DNA of 64,000 nucleotides from a virus (Duplodnaviria > Caudoviricetes), in the IMG/VR virus record IMGVR_UViG_3300020331_000002; one strand, given 5' to 3'. This document shows, in pieces, positions 41,137 to 51,693 of the stretch; within the stretch, counting starts at the first letter, position 1, and each line of letters begins with the position of its first letter. Both the position numbers and the translations under genes were made by a program. The notes below the pieces were generated by a model, which worked only from the letters and a program-made list of their open reading frames with translations, was not told the DNA's origin and ran no database searches.

Positions 41137-41580
41137 CTACTTTAGAAAGCTTTTTGCCATTAAGCTACCAGCAGGAATAATAATATAGTACACCGCGTTG
41201 TCACCGTGTCCCATTTCATTCCAGAAAAACAGCACGTAATCACCTGAGTTTACTTCCTGGATTACTAACGACTCACCGTGCATGTCATTAATGCTGAACG
41301 GATCCGTAGCGGAGTCGTATTGCACGGGCGATGATATAAATTCAAGGCCCTCTCGCTCTACGCCAATTAAATCAGCTATCACTGACTCGTCAGAGTCAAC
41401 AATATAAAGGTAGAAGCTTTCTACGCCGGGATCAAGGTTTATGATACCGTTACATAGCACGTTCGACACCATACCGGGCGGGATAGGGGTATGTAAAACA
41501 GAGCCGGGGCGTATAAAAGAAAGTGACGAAAGTCCTGATCTAACAATGCCATCAACGGTGTTTGCGATTAACTGTGTCAT
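41137..41580 (-). CDS. hypothetical protein
   Basis: ORF track. Confidence 0.6.
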   Translation of the reverse strand: MTQLIANTVDGIVRSGLSSLSFIRPGSVLHTPIPPGMVSNVLCNGIINLDPGVESFYLYIVDSDESVIADLIGVEREGLEFISSPVQYDSATDPFSINDMHGESLVIQEVNSGDYVLFFWNEMGHGDNAVYYIIIPAGSLMAKSFLK

Positions 41581-41640
41581 AATATTACCCTTGTTATAAA
41601 AAAGTTCAAAGATAATATTACATATATGAGGTTTGAACGC

Positions 41641-41803
41641 AAGACTATTCGCGAGTTGCCTTGCCGGTCATTTCTTTCTACCTTCTAGTTGCCATTTAGT
41701 AAGGCTGACCCCGGACCTTCCCCTAACTAAGTTAGGCTAGCTGGTTAAGTAGCTGGCTAGGCTCCACAGCACATACGGCCCCAGTTTGTCGCGATCCGGT
41801 CTT
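41641..41803 (-). ncRNA. candidate ~165-nt structured RNA
   Basis: Ends pair (AAGAC…TCGCGA / TCGCGA…GTCTT); internal CCTAACT/AGTTAGG and CTAGC hairpins; purine-rich GGGGAAGGTCCGGGG. Confidence 0.45.
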
Positions 41804-41809
41804 TTTCGT

Positions 41810-42569
41810 TTAATCTTTGGTTGTCTTTTCAACATCCTCGATGTTCTGCATTACATCTTGCCTAAATGCTTTATACGCGCTCGCTAGCACATCAGGCCGC
41901 GTTAACCCGATCCACCACGACATGATGTTATTGATTCTATTCGAATCGTCAGAGGGAGCCTGCGGCGTTTTAAACCAATGGAATACAGTTAGCATACCCA
42001 ACAGTGTGAAGAATATACCACTAACCGAGAGTAAAAACAAAAATAGTGACAGAATCATAGAACCTCCTTTTCTTTTATTTACTGTCACCAAGCGCGGAGT
42101 TTATCAGTTCTGCCTCGCCGCTTAAAACGATGTCAAATTCAGCTTGCGCTTTCTTGAAAGCTCGCTTCTTTTTCTCTTTGAGCGCGGATATTTCGTCAGC
42201 ATAGACATTGATAAAGTGTGCTTTGCCTTCCGTGTTCAAGAAGTTCCATAAGTAGAAGACTGACACAAAATCATTATACGGGTTGTCAAGCTTTGCGCGT
42301 ATTACCTGTACTGTATTAAAGTACTCAACACCGCCGAGATCGTATACGCGAGCTCCGGTGATTTCGATATTATAATCTTTATTTTCGTGACGAGTCCAGC
42401 CATTACTTTTGCCAAGAAAATCACCCTCGACTTCAGTAAACTCGATATCAAAATATGACATGAATGTTTTCATTTCAATACGAGTCGGCTTCTTGAAATT
42501 GATTGTATTCCTATCAACAGCACCGGCGATAGTCTCAATACCAGGCGATAGGCTAAAAGCTTCTTTCAT
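41810..42569 (-). other. small membrane protein (41810-42058) and hypothetical protein (42075-42569)
   Basis: ORF track; GGAGG RBS before 42058. Confidence 0.6.
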
Positions 42570-42587
42570 TACTTACTCAATAAAGGC

Positions 42588-42663
42588 TGGAGCACACTGC
42601 GGGATTCGAACCCGCGTATCTGGATTTGCAATCCAGTGCCTATATCCTCTCGGCCAAGCGTGC
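42588..42663 (-). tRNA. trnC: tRNA-Cys(GCA)
   Basis: Full cloverleaf, CTGGA-TTGCAAA-TCCAG, CCA. Confidence 0.92.
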
Positions 42664-42670
42664 TCTATGA

Positions 42671-43731
42671 TTAAGAACTAGCAGATGCAACAAGCGCAAC
42701 GGCGTCAACTAGTGCAAGGATTTCATTTTCAGTTTTGTTTTCCAAATTTTCAAAACATAGATCCATTGACACACAATCTACGAACTGAAGCTCAAATGAG
42801 TCAGTCATTGTCGGAATTACACCGACGTGAAACATGATCGGTGCCTTACCGCGAATATGTTTAGTCAATTCGTTAAAGAATTCTTTCGAAATAATCTTCT
42901 TGTTTGGCATCTTTTTTCCTAGTATGTACTTACGTCTTGAGCGAACTCGTCGCCAAACCCAACCAATAACTCAGTCATGTTTTGGCAATCAAGATAGTTG
43001 GCAGCGTGCACGTCTGCAAATATAGCAACGTCGCCGCGCTCACGGGGCTCTAACATTTCTGTCGACTTAACTAAAGTTTCGACGTCCATTTCATAGTGTG
43101 CTTTAATATACGCGCCGTTTACAATGCTTCCTAAGCGCTGGCCATCGGCGTTGCCGCCATATAACATGAATTCTTCAGCGACGTAGTTACCTACGGGCAT
43201 CGAGAAAGACTCACTATCGATTACTGCAATACGGTATTCGCCGATTTCGCATACTAGCAGACCGTTCAAGCCGTTCAGGCCTTCGTGCTTTGCTAGATCA
43301 GCCGGGTCGAGCATAGATATAACTTCGTCTATGTGTTCTTGGCTTTCGCATAGTGCAAGGCTTGTGCCGTCAGCGCCGCTGATGTCGAGTGTAAAGCTAG
43401 TAGGCGGCTTTACGTTAGGTTGACAGTAATACGTGCCTTTGAGGTCAAGCTTACTGCCTGGATAGTGGATTTCTACCTTGTGTGGTACGAGTTTCATGAT
43501 CGTTCTCCGTTACGTAAAGCCTAATTACTTTACTATGCACAGTGTAGCACCGGATCCAAATCAGTCAACTGTTTTGTGAAAAATAAATTATTTCTTTTTC
43601 TTCTTTTCTTTTTTGGCTGGCGCTACTTTTTCTTCAACTTTTATTTTAGGTGCGCTAACTGCTTGAGGTTCAATGTTATTTGCAAACACCGATTCTATTA
43701 GTTCAACAAACCATATTCCGTTTTTTCCCAT
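42671..43731 (-). other. hypothetical CDSs 42671-42910, 42919-43497 and a 47-aa Lys-tailed ORF 43588-43731
   Basis: ORF track and manual reading. Confidence 0.55.
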
Positions 43732-43870
43732 ATATCCTCCGTTATTATGATGATGGTGACCCTAGTGAAATTTAAACAAGCTTGATAGGCAATGTTCGAT
43801 TCAGAAGGAGACGGTCTTATAAGTATATACTAGAAAATTTCATTAATTACCGGCATGTGGTGTAAAGAAG

Positions 43871-43991
43871 TGGTAGGGAGTGCAGGACTCGAACCTGCGA
43901 CCCACGGCTTACAAGGCAATAAGGATATGCTGTTAGAATACTAAAACAGTATTCATGTTTACGTTGCTCTACCCAACTGAGCTAACTCCCT
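43871..43991 (-). tRNA. tRNA-Thr(UGU) interrupted by a 44-nt insert in the anticodon stem
   Basis: Removing 43918-43961 yields a canonical 77-nt cloverleaf with ACGGC-CTTGTAA-GCCGT. Confidence 0.8.
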
Positions 43992-44848
43992 AGAAGTTTC
44001 TGATGAACTGTCTTAAGTCTTTGACACCTCCACATCCGAGTATTATTAATCCGCCTAGCGGCACTGCGCTAAAAATACCCACAAGCACGTTAAACGCGAA
44101 ACAGTATATTATAGCCATTGCCAAACCCACATTAAGGGTCAATATGCCTGCCATCAAAAGCATTGCACAAAAACGGATTAATGTTTTAAATGTATTTTCC
44201 ATTTTCTTAGTATGAACCCAAGCTTACTTTTTGTCAAGGAATTTTTTAAAATCACTGTAAATTTCTATGCCAGCTTCTTCAACTTCCGCCTGTGTCAAAA
44301 ACGCAGAGTCTGAGTACAAGGTACCGTCGCGTTTAATGAAGTAAAACCGATCATCGACTTTGCCCAAAACAGCACCCCGGCCCAAAAGTCCGGGCACCAT
44401 ATCAATCAACGAGGCTGCGCCAAACACGGTTGCCTTAAACAGTTCAGCATCAGGCACGATACCGATTAAAATGTCAGTGACGTCATTTATAGTAGCCATG
44501 ATAACCTCACTTAAACTTAACCGGTAGTGTTATATAATTGTTTGTATCGAATTCTACGATGCGCATGAGAGCCCAGCGTTCAGCGATAATATTGCGCTTT
44601 TTCCCTTTGACAGAAAGTTGGCAACGGAAGCGACCGTCCCAGAAGCTGCGCTTGAGCTTCTTTAGCTGGCCGGATTTAATCGAGAACACTTCTTCGCGCT
44701 CAATAGAAACGTAGTATCCGGGCGCATTTGAAATTGGATGTAAGAGATTCGAGTCGTTTAGATCAACGATATCACAGGGCGGGGATAGGTGTTGTTCATT
44801 AAAGCGGTCTAGCGCCGCTAGCACAGCTTCTTTAATTCTTTTAATCAT
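43990..44848 (-). other. three small CDSs (43990-44202 membrane, 44224-44499, 44507-44848)
   Basis: ORF track. Confidence 0.55.
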
Positions 44849-44864
44849 AGTAACCTCGAGTTAA

Positions 44865-44970
44865 GGTTGCCGGGCCAAGGAATCGAACCTCGTTCGGGTG
44901 CATACTTGCGAAGTTTGCTGCGACAAATCTAAACAGACTTAATGGAGTCCCTCAGAATCATTCACCCGGC
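44865..44970 (-). ncRNA. tRNA-like RNA with hairpin-CAGCAA insert
   Basis: GCCGGGT/GCCCGGC acceptor, CGAGG-TTCGATT-CCTTG T arm, no normal anticodon arm. Confidence 0.65.
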
Positions 44971-45015
44971 ATAATAGGTACGTATAAGGATAGTACCTAT
45001 TTGATTAAAAGTCTA

Positions 45016-45486
45016 TTAGTTTCCAGGATGTCTACGATGCCATTCGCGCTCTTGTTCAGCTTCGGCGTCGTCGTGCCATTGTTGCTTTTCGTCACTTGTT
45101 GCTTCGAACTCAATCTCAGAGCCATTCACATCATATGTGACATTGTCGAAATACTTCTCGTTCGTGTCGAAGAATTCCTGCACTTGGTCTGGGTTCGCTG
45201 TGCGCTTTGCTTCGCTAGCCAAACGCTGGATTTCTTTGTCAGTGATGTAATCGTTTGGACCAAACGAATCGGAGTTGGCGATTTCACGATCCATGTAAAT
45301 CTCTACCGGATCCTTAGTGCCTGCCATCTTATTGAGATAACGTAGCATAGATACTAGGAGTTCTGCCACTGCCATGTTTTGACACATGTAGAATTGATCG
45401 TCTACACTGTGGTCAATAACAAGAGCAAGGTCTACGTTTAAAGAGCTCTCCATGAGCTTTGTTGATTTGGTGATTTTATCAAACAT
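45016..45486 (-). CDS. acidic late protein, candidate internal head protein
   Basis: CTAAATA at 45523; N-terminal …KLME. Confidence 0.6.
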   Translation of the reverse strand: MFDKITKSTKLMESSLNVDLALVIDHSVDDQFYMCQNMAVAELLVSMLRYLNKMAGTKDPVEIYMDREIANSDSFGPNDYITDKEIQRLASEAKRTANPDQVQEFFDTNEKYFDNVTYDVNGSEIEFEATSDEKQQWHDDAEAEQEREWHRRHPGN

Positions 45487-45561
45487 TATGAATTACGCCT
45501 TGTCGTTGTGTTTTAACGTGTGTATTTAGCACTCATCAAAACACAACGTCAAGATCTTTAC

Positions 45562-46506
45562 TCATCGTTTTGATTTCTTCTTAGGTTTTGGTCTGTAAGC
45601 TGGTTTTGGTTTCGGCTTAAGCTTTGGCTTTGACGTGTATGATGAAGTCGGCTTCGGAGTAAAAGAACTCGCGGTGGCTTTAGTAACCGGTTTACGGGTA
45701 GTTATTGTCTGATTAGCTTTAGGCGTTTGTGTAGTGGTAGACGATGCTGCTTTGGCATTGGCGTTAGCCGCTGCGCGGTTCTTCTTACAGGTAGTAGTGG
45801 TGCAGTTATTCCAAGCGCTGTCTTTGTTGCCCGTCTTCTTGCTACCCCAGCCACCTTGCGCTACTGAGCTCGATTGTGTTTTGGGCTTCGTGTCGGTTGT
45901 CTTTGGCTTTGATTTGATCTTAGACGACACTGTCTGTTTAGTCTCTGTATACTTACGCTTGCGCACGTTATACATCGCATCGCTCGACGACTTACGTCTA
46001 CGGTAATCAGCCTCTGTAATTGACTTTCCTTCTGACGACGTGTAGTTATTAACAGTGACGTTGGTAGTGCGCCAACCGCCTGGATTAGAGCTTTCCCAGC
46101 TGTTACGAGTTAAAGCATATGCCGCTGACGCTGCTAGAACACCAGTCGCTATCTGATACGACACGTAGTTTCTAGACTGCTGCGCATAAATGCTATTAGG
46201 GTCATGCCATTCCCAGTTACCGAATGCGTTCCAATAACCGTATTGTAGGTTGCCACGGTAATCAACATACGCGCCAGGTGCTACAGGGCGGTTATAATAC
46301 GCCATTCTTTCTTCATGTCTGGATTTGTTTAGTTGCTCGTAATAGCCGGATTCAATCCTTGCTAATTCCAGTTCATGTTGACGTGCGCGTCGTAGCTCTT
46401 TTTCTTCAGCTGTTTCGCATCCGCTTAAGCTTGTACCTACGACTATAATGCAGAATGCCACTACCAAGGTGGTTATTGCGTTCCTTACCGATTTACTGAT
46501 TTTCAT
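45562..46506 (-). CDS. putative lipoprotein with Lys/Pro/Thr low-complexity tail
   Basis: LSGC lipobox after hydrophobic signal; KPKPKP tail. Confidence 0.75.
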   Translation of the reverse strand: MKISKSVRNAITTLVVAFCIIVVGTSLSGCETAEEKELRRARQHELELARIESGYYEQLNKSRHEERMAYYNRPVAPGAYVDYRGNLQYGYWNAFGNWEWHDPNSIYAQQSRNYVSYQIATGVLAASAAYALTRNSWESSNPGGWRTTNVTVNNYTSSEGKSITEADYRRRKSSSDAMYNVRKRKYTETKQTVSSKIKSKPKTTDTKPKTQSSSVAQGGWGSKKTGNKDSAWNNCTTTTCKKNRAAANANAKAASSTTTQTPKANQTITTRKPVTKATASSFTPKPTSSYTSKPKLKPKPKPAYRPKPKKKSKR

Positions 46507-46558
46507 GCTCTTTCCTTATGTGGTGAATGGGGCCGAAGCCCCAAACGTTTTGATTACA

Positions 46559-48541
46559 TTACTCGCCTTTCTTATCCGTAGATAGGAACTGTGCAATGTT
46601 GTTGGTCGTGCCAAGTAATGTGGCTGCCGCTGTGGTGCTTTCGCCACCGTCGCCGCCTACAAATACAGTAGCAGTTTTAACCATCTCTGGGTTCTTGACA
46701 GCGCCGTCTACAGCCATTTTAAATAACACCTGTTCTTGTACTTTCTCTTCACCCATTACTGCTACTAGCTCGCGCTGGCCTTTCGCAGCTTCAATGTCGC
46801 GGTCACGCATACCTTCACCCTCTTTCTTAAGTTCATAAGCGCGGGCGTCAGCTAACTTTTCACGTTCAGATTTGATCTTGTCAGCTGCTTGGTCACGTAG
46901 TTCAGCAGTAACAACGATCTTCTGATTCTCTGCTTCTACACGAGCTGCCTCTGAGTCTTTACGCTGCTCGTAGGTAGCTTGCTCTTCCTTAAACGTGTTT
47001 TGTAACTGTCGAGCGTAGTTAGCACGCATACGCGGGATAAGAGACTCAACTGGTAAGTTAGGATGACCCATAGTCTGGATGTTAATGCCCAGGCCGTAGT
47101 CAGAAACAAACTCATTAAGAGCTGTAATGCTTTCCGATTCAATCTCTGCACGGTTGTTAATCAAGTCAAATAAACGTCGACTTTCTTCAACACATTCTTG
47201 ATCCTTATAAGTACCCGCGGCGTATTTTAGTTTTTTGCCTTCGTACACATCGTTTTCGTAAACGGCACATCGCATGATGTCCTGGCCCTGGGCTGCAATA
47301 CGGAACGTACTTTCAATTGGGTTTTTAAGGAACTGCTCCACCGCATGTAAGCCTGTGTTTCTGTCTTGCACGAAGTCACCAATCGTCGCAACTACTAGCG
47401 GCGCGTCAACAACTTGGTATTTCGTTTTAAGATCAATAGGCACAGTCCAGCCTTCTACCACTACATCAATGGCTTCGCCTTCTGCGTTAGCTGGTTTAGT
47501 GATAGTGTCAGATCCAATAATGTTTTTGATCTTGCCGTCATCTTCCATTTCAAACGATACGGTTTTCTTGACGTATCCGCCGAAACGATCAAAGTCTTGT
47601 TGGCGAGTAGGTACGTGGGTAATCGTATACACTTTAGGGTGGAAACGATACGTTTTAGGCTCAAGGTGTTCGTTCCAAACACCGGCACAGCCCTTAGGTA
47701 CTAAGTAAGTAACCGCGCCATTAAACGAACGTACTTCTCTACGATTATCATTACAAAATGCACTAGGCAAGTCGTCTGTAGCTGAGCGCACAACACCTAC
47801 TTCACCTGTCTTAATGTCTTCCGCTGGGTAGTTTCTAAAGCTGTATAGGATTTTGTTTGCCATGATCACACCACCCGTTACAAGTGTTGATTGATCACCG
47901 CGGTATCCAAGCTTGTTGCCGTCTTTGTCAGTTTTGGATAAGAATGTCGCAGCATCAAGGAATTCGTTTTGGTCCTTCCATTTTGGTGCAAGAATCATGT
48001 CGTCTGACATTGGACGACCATCACGTGTATTCACGATAGCGAAGTGGTTCGCAGGAATGCTGTGAGGCTTGGTCAGGTCAATTTCAGTACCGTTGATCTC
48101 AATCTCGTCTAGCTCGGTATACAAGACATCAATTAGCGGGAACCATTTAAAACCAGGCGTGAATACTGTCGCTTGCGGGCCTTTCATGCCACCAAACGGG
48201 TTCGCTGTCATTGGCTTGGTCGCAACATAGTGTCCAACTGGAAGTGGCTCACCACCATATACACGAGAGAAGTGTTTGATTTCACCATCACTAACGTATA
48301 CTGAGTTGAGGTCAACCATCAACACAATTACCAACACTGCTGCGATCACTGCCGGAAACTTGGAAACGACACGAACGATGCCCTTAGCAACTTTTGCTTG
48401 AGGTGATTCGTTTCGTCTACTGTACTGATCTTGATGCGAATGTTGCTCTGCTTGTTTTTGCTGGTTTTCTCGCTTCTTGCGCGTTAGTGCGAAGTACACG
48501 AGATAGATTATTCCTACGAGTAGGAGTAGTAGCTTGAACAT
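46559..48541 (-). CDS. SPFH/Band-7 (flotillin/stomatin-like) membrane protein
   Basis: Two N-terminal TM segments, PGFKWFP, coiled-coil AEAE-type C-terminus, TVFVGG…LLG. Confidence 0.8.
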   Translation of the reverse strand: MFKLLLLLVGIIYLVYFALTRKKRENQQKQAEQHSHQDQYSRRNESPQAKVAKGIVRVVSKFPAVIAAVLVIVLMVDLNSVYVSDGEIKHFSRVYGGEPLPVGHYVATKPMTANPFGGMKGPQATVFTPGFKWFPLIDVLYTELDEIEINGTEIDLTKPHSIPANHFAIVNTRDGRPMSDDMILAPKWKDQNEFLDAATFLSKTDKDGNKLGYRGDQSTLVTGGVIMANKILYSFRNYPAEDIKTGEVGVVRSATDDLPSAFCNDNRREVRSFNGAVTYLVPKGCAGVWNEHLEPKTYRFHPKVYTITHVPTRQQDFDRFGGYVKKTVSFEMEDDGKIKNIIGSDTITKPANAEGEAIDVVVEGWTVPIDLKTKYQVVDAPLVVATIGDFVQDRNTGLHAVEQFLKNPIESTFRIAAQGQDIMRCAVYENDVYEGKKLKYAAGTYKDQECVEESRRLFDLINNRAEIESESITALNEFVSDYGLGINIQTMGHPNLPVESLIPRMRANYARQLQNTFKEEQATYEQRKDSEAARVEAENQKIVVTAELRDQAADKIKSEREKLADARAYELKKEGEGMRDRDIEAAKGQRELVAVMGEEKVQEQVLFKMAVDGAVKNPEMVKTATVFVGGDGGESTTAAATLLGTTNNIAQFLSTDKKGE

Positions 48542-48631
48542 ATATGCTCCTTGTGTGTGTATGAGTATGTTCGGTTAGGTTTTACATTATAGTCATATAG
48601 CCGTTCTGTCTAGATAACTATGAATTTTTTA

Positions 48632-48898
48632 TTAATACGAACGTCGCTGCCCGGCTCTTATTTGCGAGTAGCCTGACTTGGACTTTACTTCGCCGATGGC
48701 GTCGACACAATGGTTTATCGACTTATCAATGCTGCGGCCTAGCTCATCCAATTCTTCATAGTCACCGAGCTTGGGTTCATGTATCTTGTTAAATCTTTCT
48801 TTAATGCGTGTGAGGTCTCTGTGGATAGACTCCAGCACGCCCAAGTCGCCTGGAGATTCTAAAAGTAGTGCTATTTGTTTGAAATCTTGATTGTTCAT
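48632..48898 (-). CDS. late small protein
   Basis: TTAAATA at 48921; N-terminal …LLLE. Confidence 0.6.
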   Translation of the reverse strand: MNNQDFKQIALLLESPGDLGVLESIHRDLTRIKERFNKIHEPKLGDYEELDELGRSIDKSINHCVDAIGEVKSKSGYSQIRAGQRRSY

Positions 48899-48956
48899 TT
48901 GTTATCCTCAATTAGCACAGTATTTAATTAACTGCGCACGGATAACGCCGTATCAG

Positions 48957-50898
48957 TTACCAATCAATGTGCAAATCAAGCATTTCGCTGTATACAAAAC
49001 CGTCTTCTTCGTCATACGAATCGTTGAGCTCAGAGGTATACCTTTTGATTTCTTCTTCTTCGAAGCCAGCACGCTTCATGACATCGGCAATTGCGTCAAT
49101 CGCTTCTTGCTTATTTTTACATTCAACAAAGCCGTCTTCAACTGATAAAATCATTTCAAGGTCGTAGCTACCATCGTTTGGCAGGTCTAAAATAATAGCG
49201 TCATTGGCGTCAATAATTTTAAACGTGTTCGGTTGTGCCATTTTTTTTGCCTTGTTTTGTTAAGTTCGTATACATTATAGCTATTTGATGCTCAATGTCA
49301 ATACCTGTTTGAAAATAATTTCAAAATAGAAACAAAAAGAGCCCTGTTAAAAACAGAGCTCAGTGTAGTATGAAGTTATATCACGCCAGTGTTATGACGT
49401 TACCCTTACGGACTGCAAAGCCTTCATTCAAAACGCGATGCACCCAGCGTATTGCTGTTTTTTCAGTGCAGCCAAACTTCGCACTAACTAGGCCGCGTAC
49501 TTGCCAATCAAAAGCTACAAACTCAGTTTCTGACAAAAACTCTGCTACTGCTTGAGGGTTAAATTTAGCCATTTTTGACACCCTGTGTTGTTAAGTTCGT
49601 ATACATTATAGCAATGTGAACACCAAACACAAGGCCTAATTGAATTATTTCTTCTGAATATACTTGTATATTGCGGCGCACTTGCCGAGAACTTCTTCTA
49701 TTTGGTTATCGAGTTCAACCAACGCACGATCAAGGCTAGGGTCTGCAAGGTCAGGCATGTCGTTTTCAAGCTTTTGTTTGGCTGCTTTGATAGCCATGTA
49801 TGTGTTTCGAATTGGCTTGGTTACCGCTGTCGAGCGTTCAGTAATACTACTAATTTTCACGGGCTACTCCGATCTTATTCGCAGTATTTAGCCGCCGGCT
49901 CAGATTACCATACAAATCGCACGCCAGGGACAAGGGTGGGCTCGAGTGCGTCGGTGTCATCGTTAGCATCATGCTCTGCTGCCGTGATGTAGGCATCAAC
50001 TACTTCTAAGTCAACACCATTGCCGATCAGTTCGATTGCTAGTGTGTCAAGGGCTTCTTGCTTTGATTTGAATTTACGTTCTTTCATAGTCTTCACCTTT
50101 CTTTTTAGTACGTGAAGACTATAGCATCTGCCAATTAAACAATCAAGATGATTTAAAAGTAAAAAGATTCATCGTCTTCACGATAGTTTTTAAGGTTAGG
50201 TAGTATTTTGCCGTCGTTGTAATTCTCGGTGATTTCCTTTTTGTATCCCATGGCGCTAGCGCAATAGAATTTATCACCAGGACATAATAGGTAGTTATTG
50301 AGGAAGAACGGTCTCAAAACACTGTCACCGTTGTGCCACGGTTGTGTTTCAATATACCCGTTGCGTTCGAGATGGCCGCGCAGTTTCTGAAAGGCTGGAT
50401 GATAGTCATGCGATACAGACCCAAACGATTCTTGTTTCGAGTTATAGTACTTCAAACCAGAAAAGACACTACATAAGTATTCCGGATTAATAAAGTAATA
50501 CGGAGGACAGTCTAGATCAAGCTCAAGCTGATAATACACACCTTGACTTACTGCGATGTCATGGATTAAGCCTATTGGCACTGCGCCGAACATTCTTCTA
50601 CCCCCGTTACTAAATCTAGCATTGCAGCAAGGAACCTTTCAACATCACACAGGTGCCACATGTTGATATCGACATTTGCGGTGTGCATGTCTTGTCCTGC
50701 GAACACCCATTTCTCAGACACCATGGTGTCTATTTTTTCGATGTTTGTTTTGTTAGTTGTAATTGAAAGGCTGCCACTAGAAGTGACATTTATGATAACT
50801 TTATTCTCGTACAAACGAGATATGATATTTTTGCCCTGTGTATCGGGATAAAAGAACTCGCCCAAGTATATAGGACGAATGAGGTTTGCTACGAGCAT
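48957..50898 (-). other. small CDSs 48957-49241, 49381-49581, 49645-49860 (late), 49905-50096, 50153-50593, 50572-50898
   Basis: ORF track; duplicated leader GTTAAGTTCGTATACATTATAGC near 49260 and 49590. Confidence 0.6.
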
Positions 50899-50920
50899 GG
50901 ATCCCTTCTTGTTATAATAG

Positions 50921-51128
50921 TGGTGCCCCGTGAGTCACTAGACTCATAAATGAAACGACAGGTTTATTGTACTGCCACGCTTAGGAGGCCACCACAGCCG
51001 TTCCCCTAGGTGATCAACGTCCTACTTATGCAGACAGTACATGAGTGGTTAGTCCATATAGCGGCCTACATACTTTCAAACTCAACAGTGACCAGAGAGA
51101 TCATTTCATAAGTGCCATGCACCGGGGC
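50921..51128 (-). ncRNA. 208-nt RNA with tRNA-like ends and CCA
   Basis: GCCCCG/CGGGGC + A + CCA; TGAGTC/GACTCA hairpin at T-arm position. Confidence 0.65.
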
Positions 51129-51265
51129 ATAGAACTTTTACGACTTCTTGTCGTTTTGTTTCTTTTCTAACTCTTCAACACGTTTTGTTAACTCTTTGAC
51201 CTGTTCTATTAATTTAGATACAGGATCTACACCAGCTGTAATCGTTAACATACTTTGTCTCTATT

Positions 51266-51352
51266 TGGCAGTGGGTGTGGGATTCGAACCCACGTGCCCC
51301 GAAGGACAATTGCTTTCCAGGCAATCGCGTTAGACCGCTCCGCCAACCCACT
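51266..51352 (-). tRNA. trnS: tRNA-Ser(GGA)
   Basis: ATTGC-CTGGAAA-GCAAT, long V arm, CCA. Confidence 0.93.
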
Positions 51353-51372
51353 AAAATTCGGATATAAACTTA

Positions 51373-51675
51373 CTACGCTTTGACCACATATGTGATTGAC
51401 ATGTTACTGTTAATCATTGTGGGCGTTCTGTGCTTGGTGCGCTTAAGGTCACCTTTCTTTAACAACCGTTTCAAGTCTGGATCCTTGTCCAGTACAATAC
51501 AACCACGGAAATTTACAGGAATAGCCATACCTTCTTTACAATATGCAAGGATACGGTCTCTGCGCTCCTTGCCGTATGGCGCTCTATAAAGCCATTGTTG
51601 CACTTCTTCTTGTACCTCGAAGCTTGCGGCTTTGAGCCATGCATCGGGGTTACTGATGGTTTCTGCGGTCATCAT
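51373..51675 (-). CDS. hypothetical protein
   Basis: ORF track, GGAG RBS. Confidence 0.6.
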   Translation of the reverse strand: MMTAETISNPDAWLKAASFEVQEEVQQWLYRAPYGKERRDRILAYCKEGMAIPVNFRGCIVLDKDPDLKRLLKKGDLKRTKHRTPTMINSNMSITYVVKA

Positions 51676-51693
51676 AGACTCCCTTAAGTGTTA

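Noticed and set aside
41700-41790. RNase P RNA call
   Set aside because: Only a loose CR-I-like string is present. There is no properly placed CR-V/P4 with bulged U, so it is kept only as a generic ncRNA candidate.
43754-43860. Possible further CCA-ended RNA (…GGGTCACCA)
   Set aside because: Only a 4-bp acceptor-like pairing; insufficient support.
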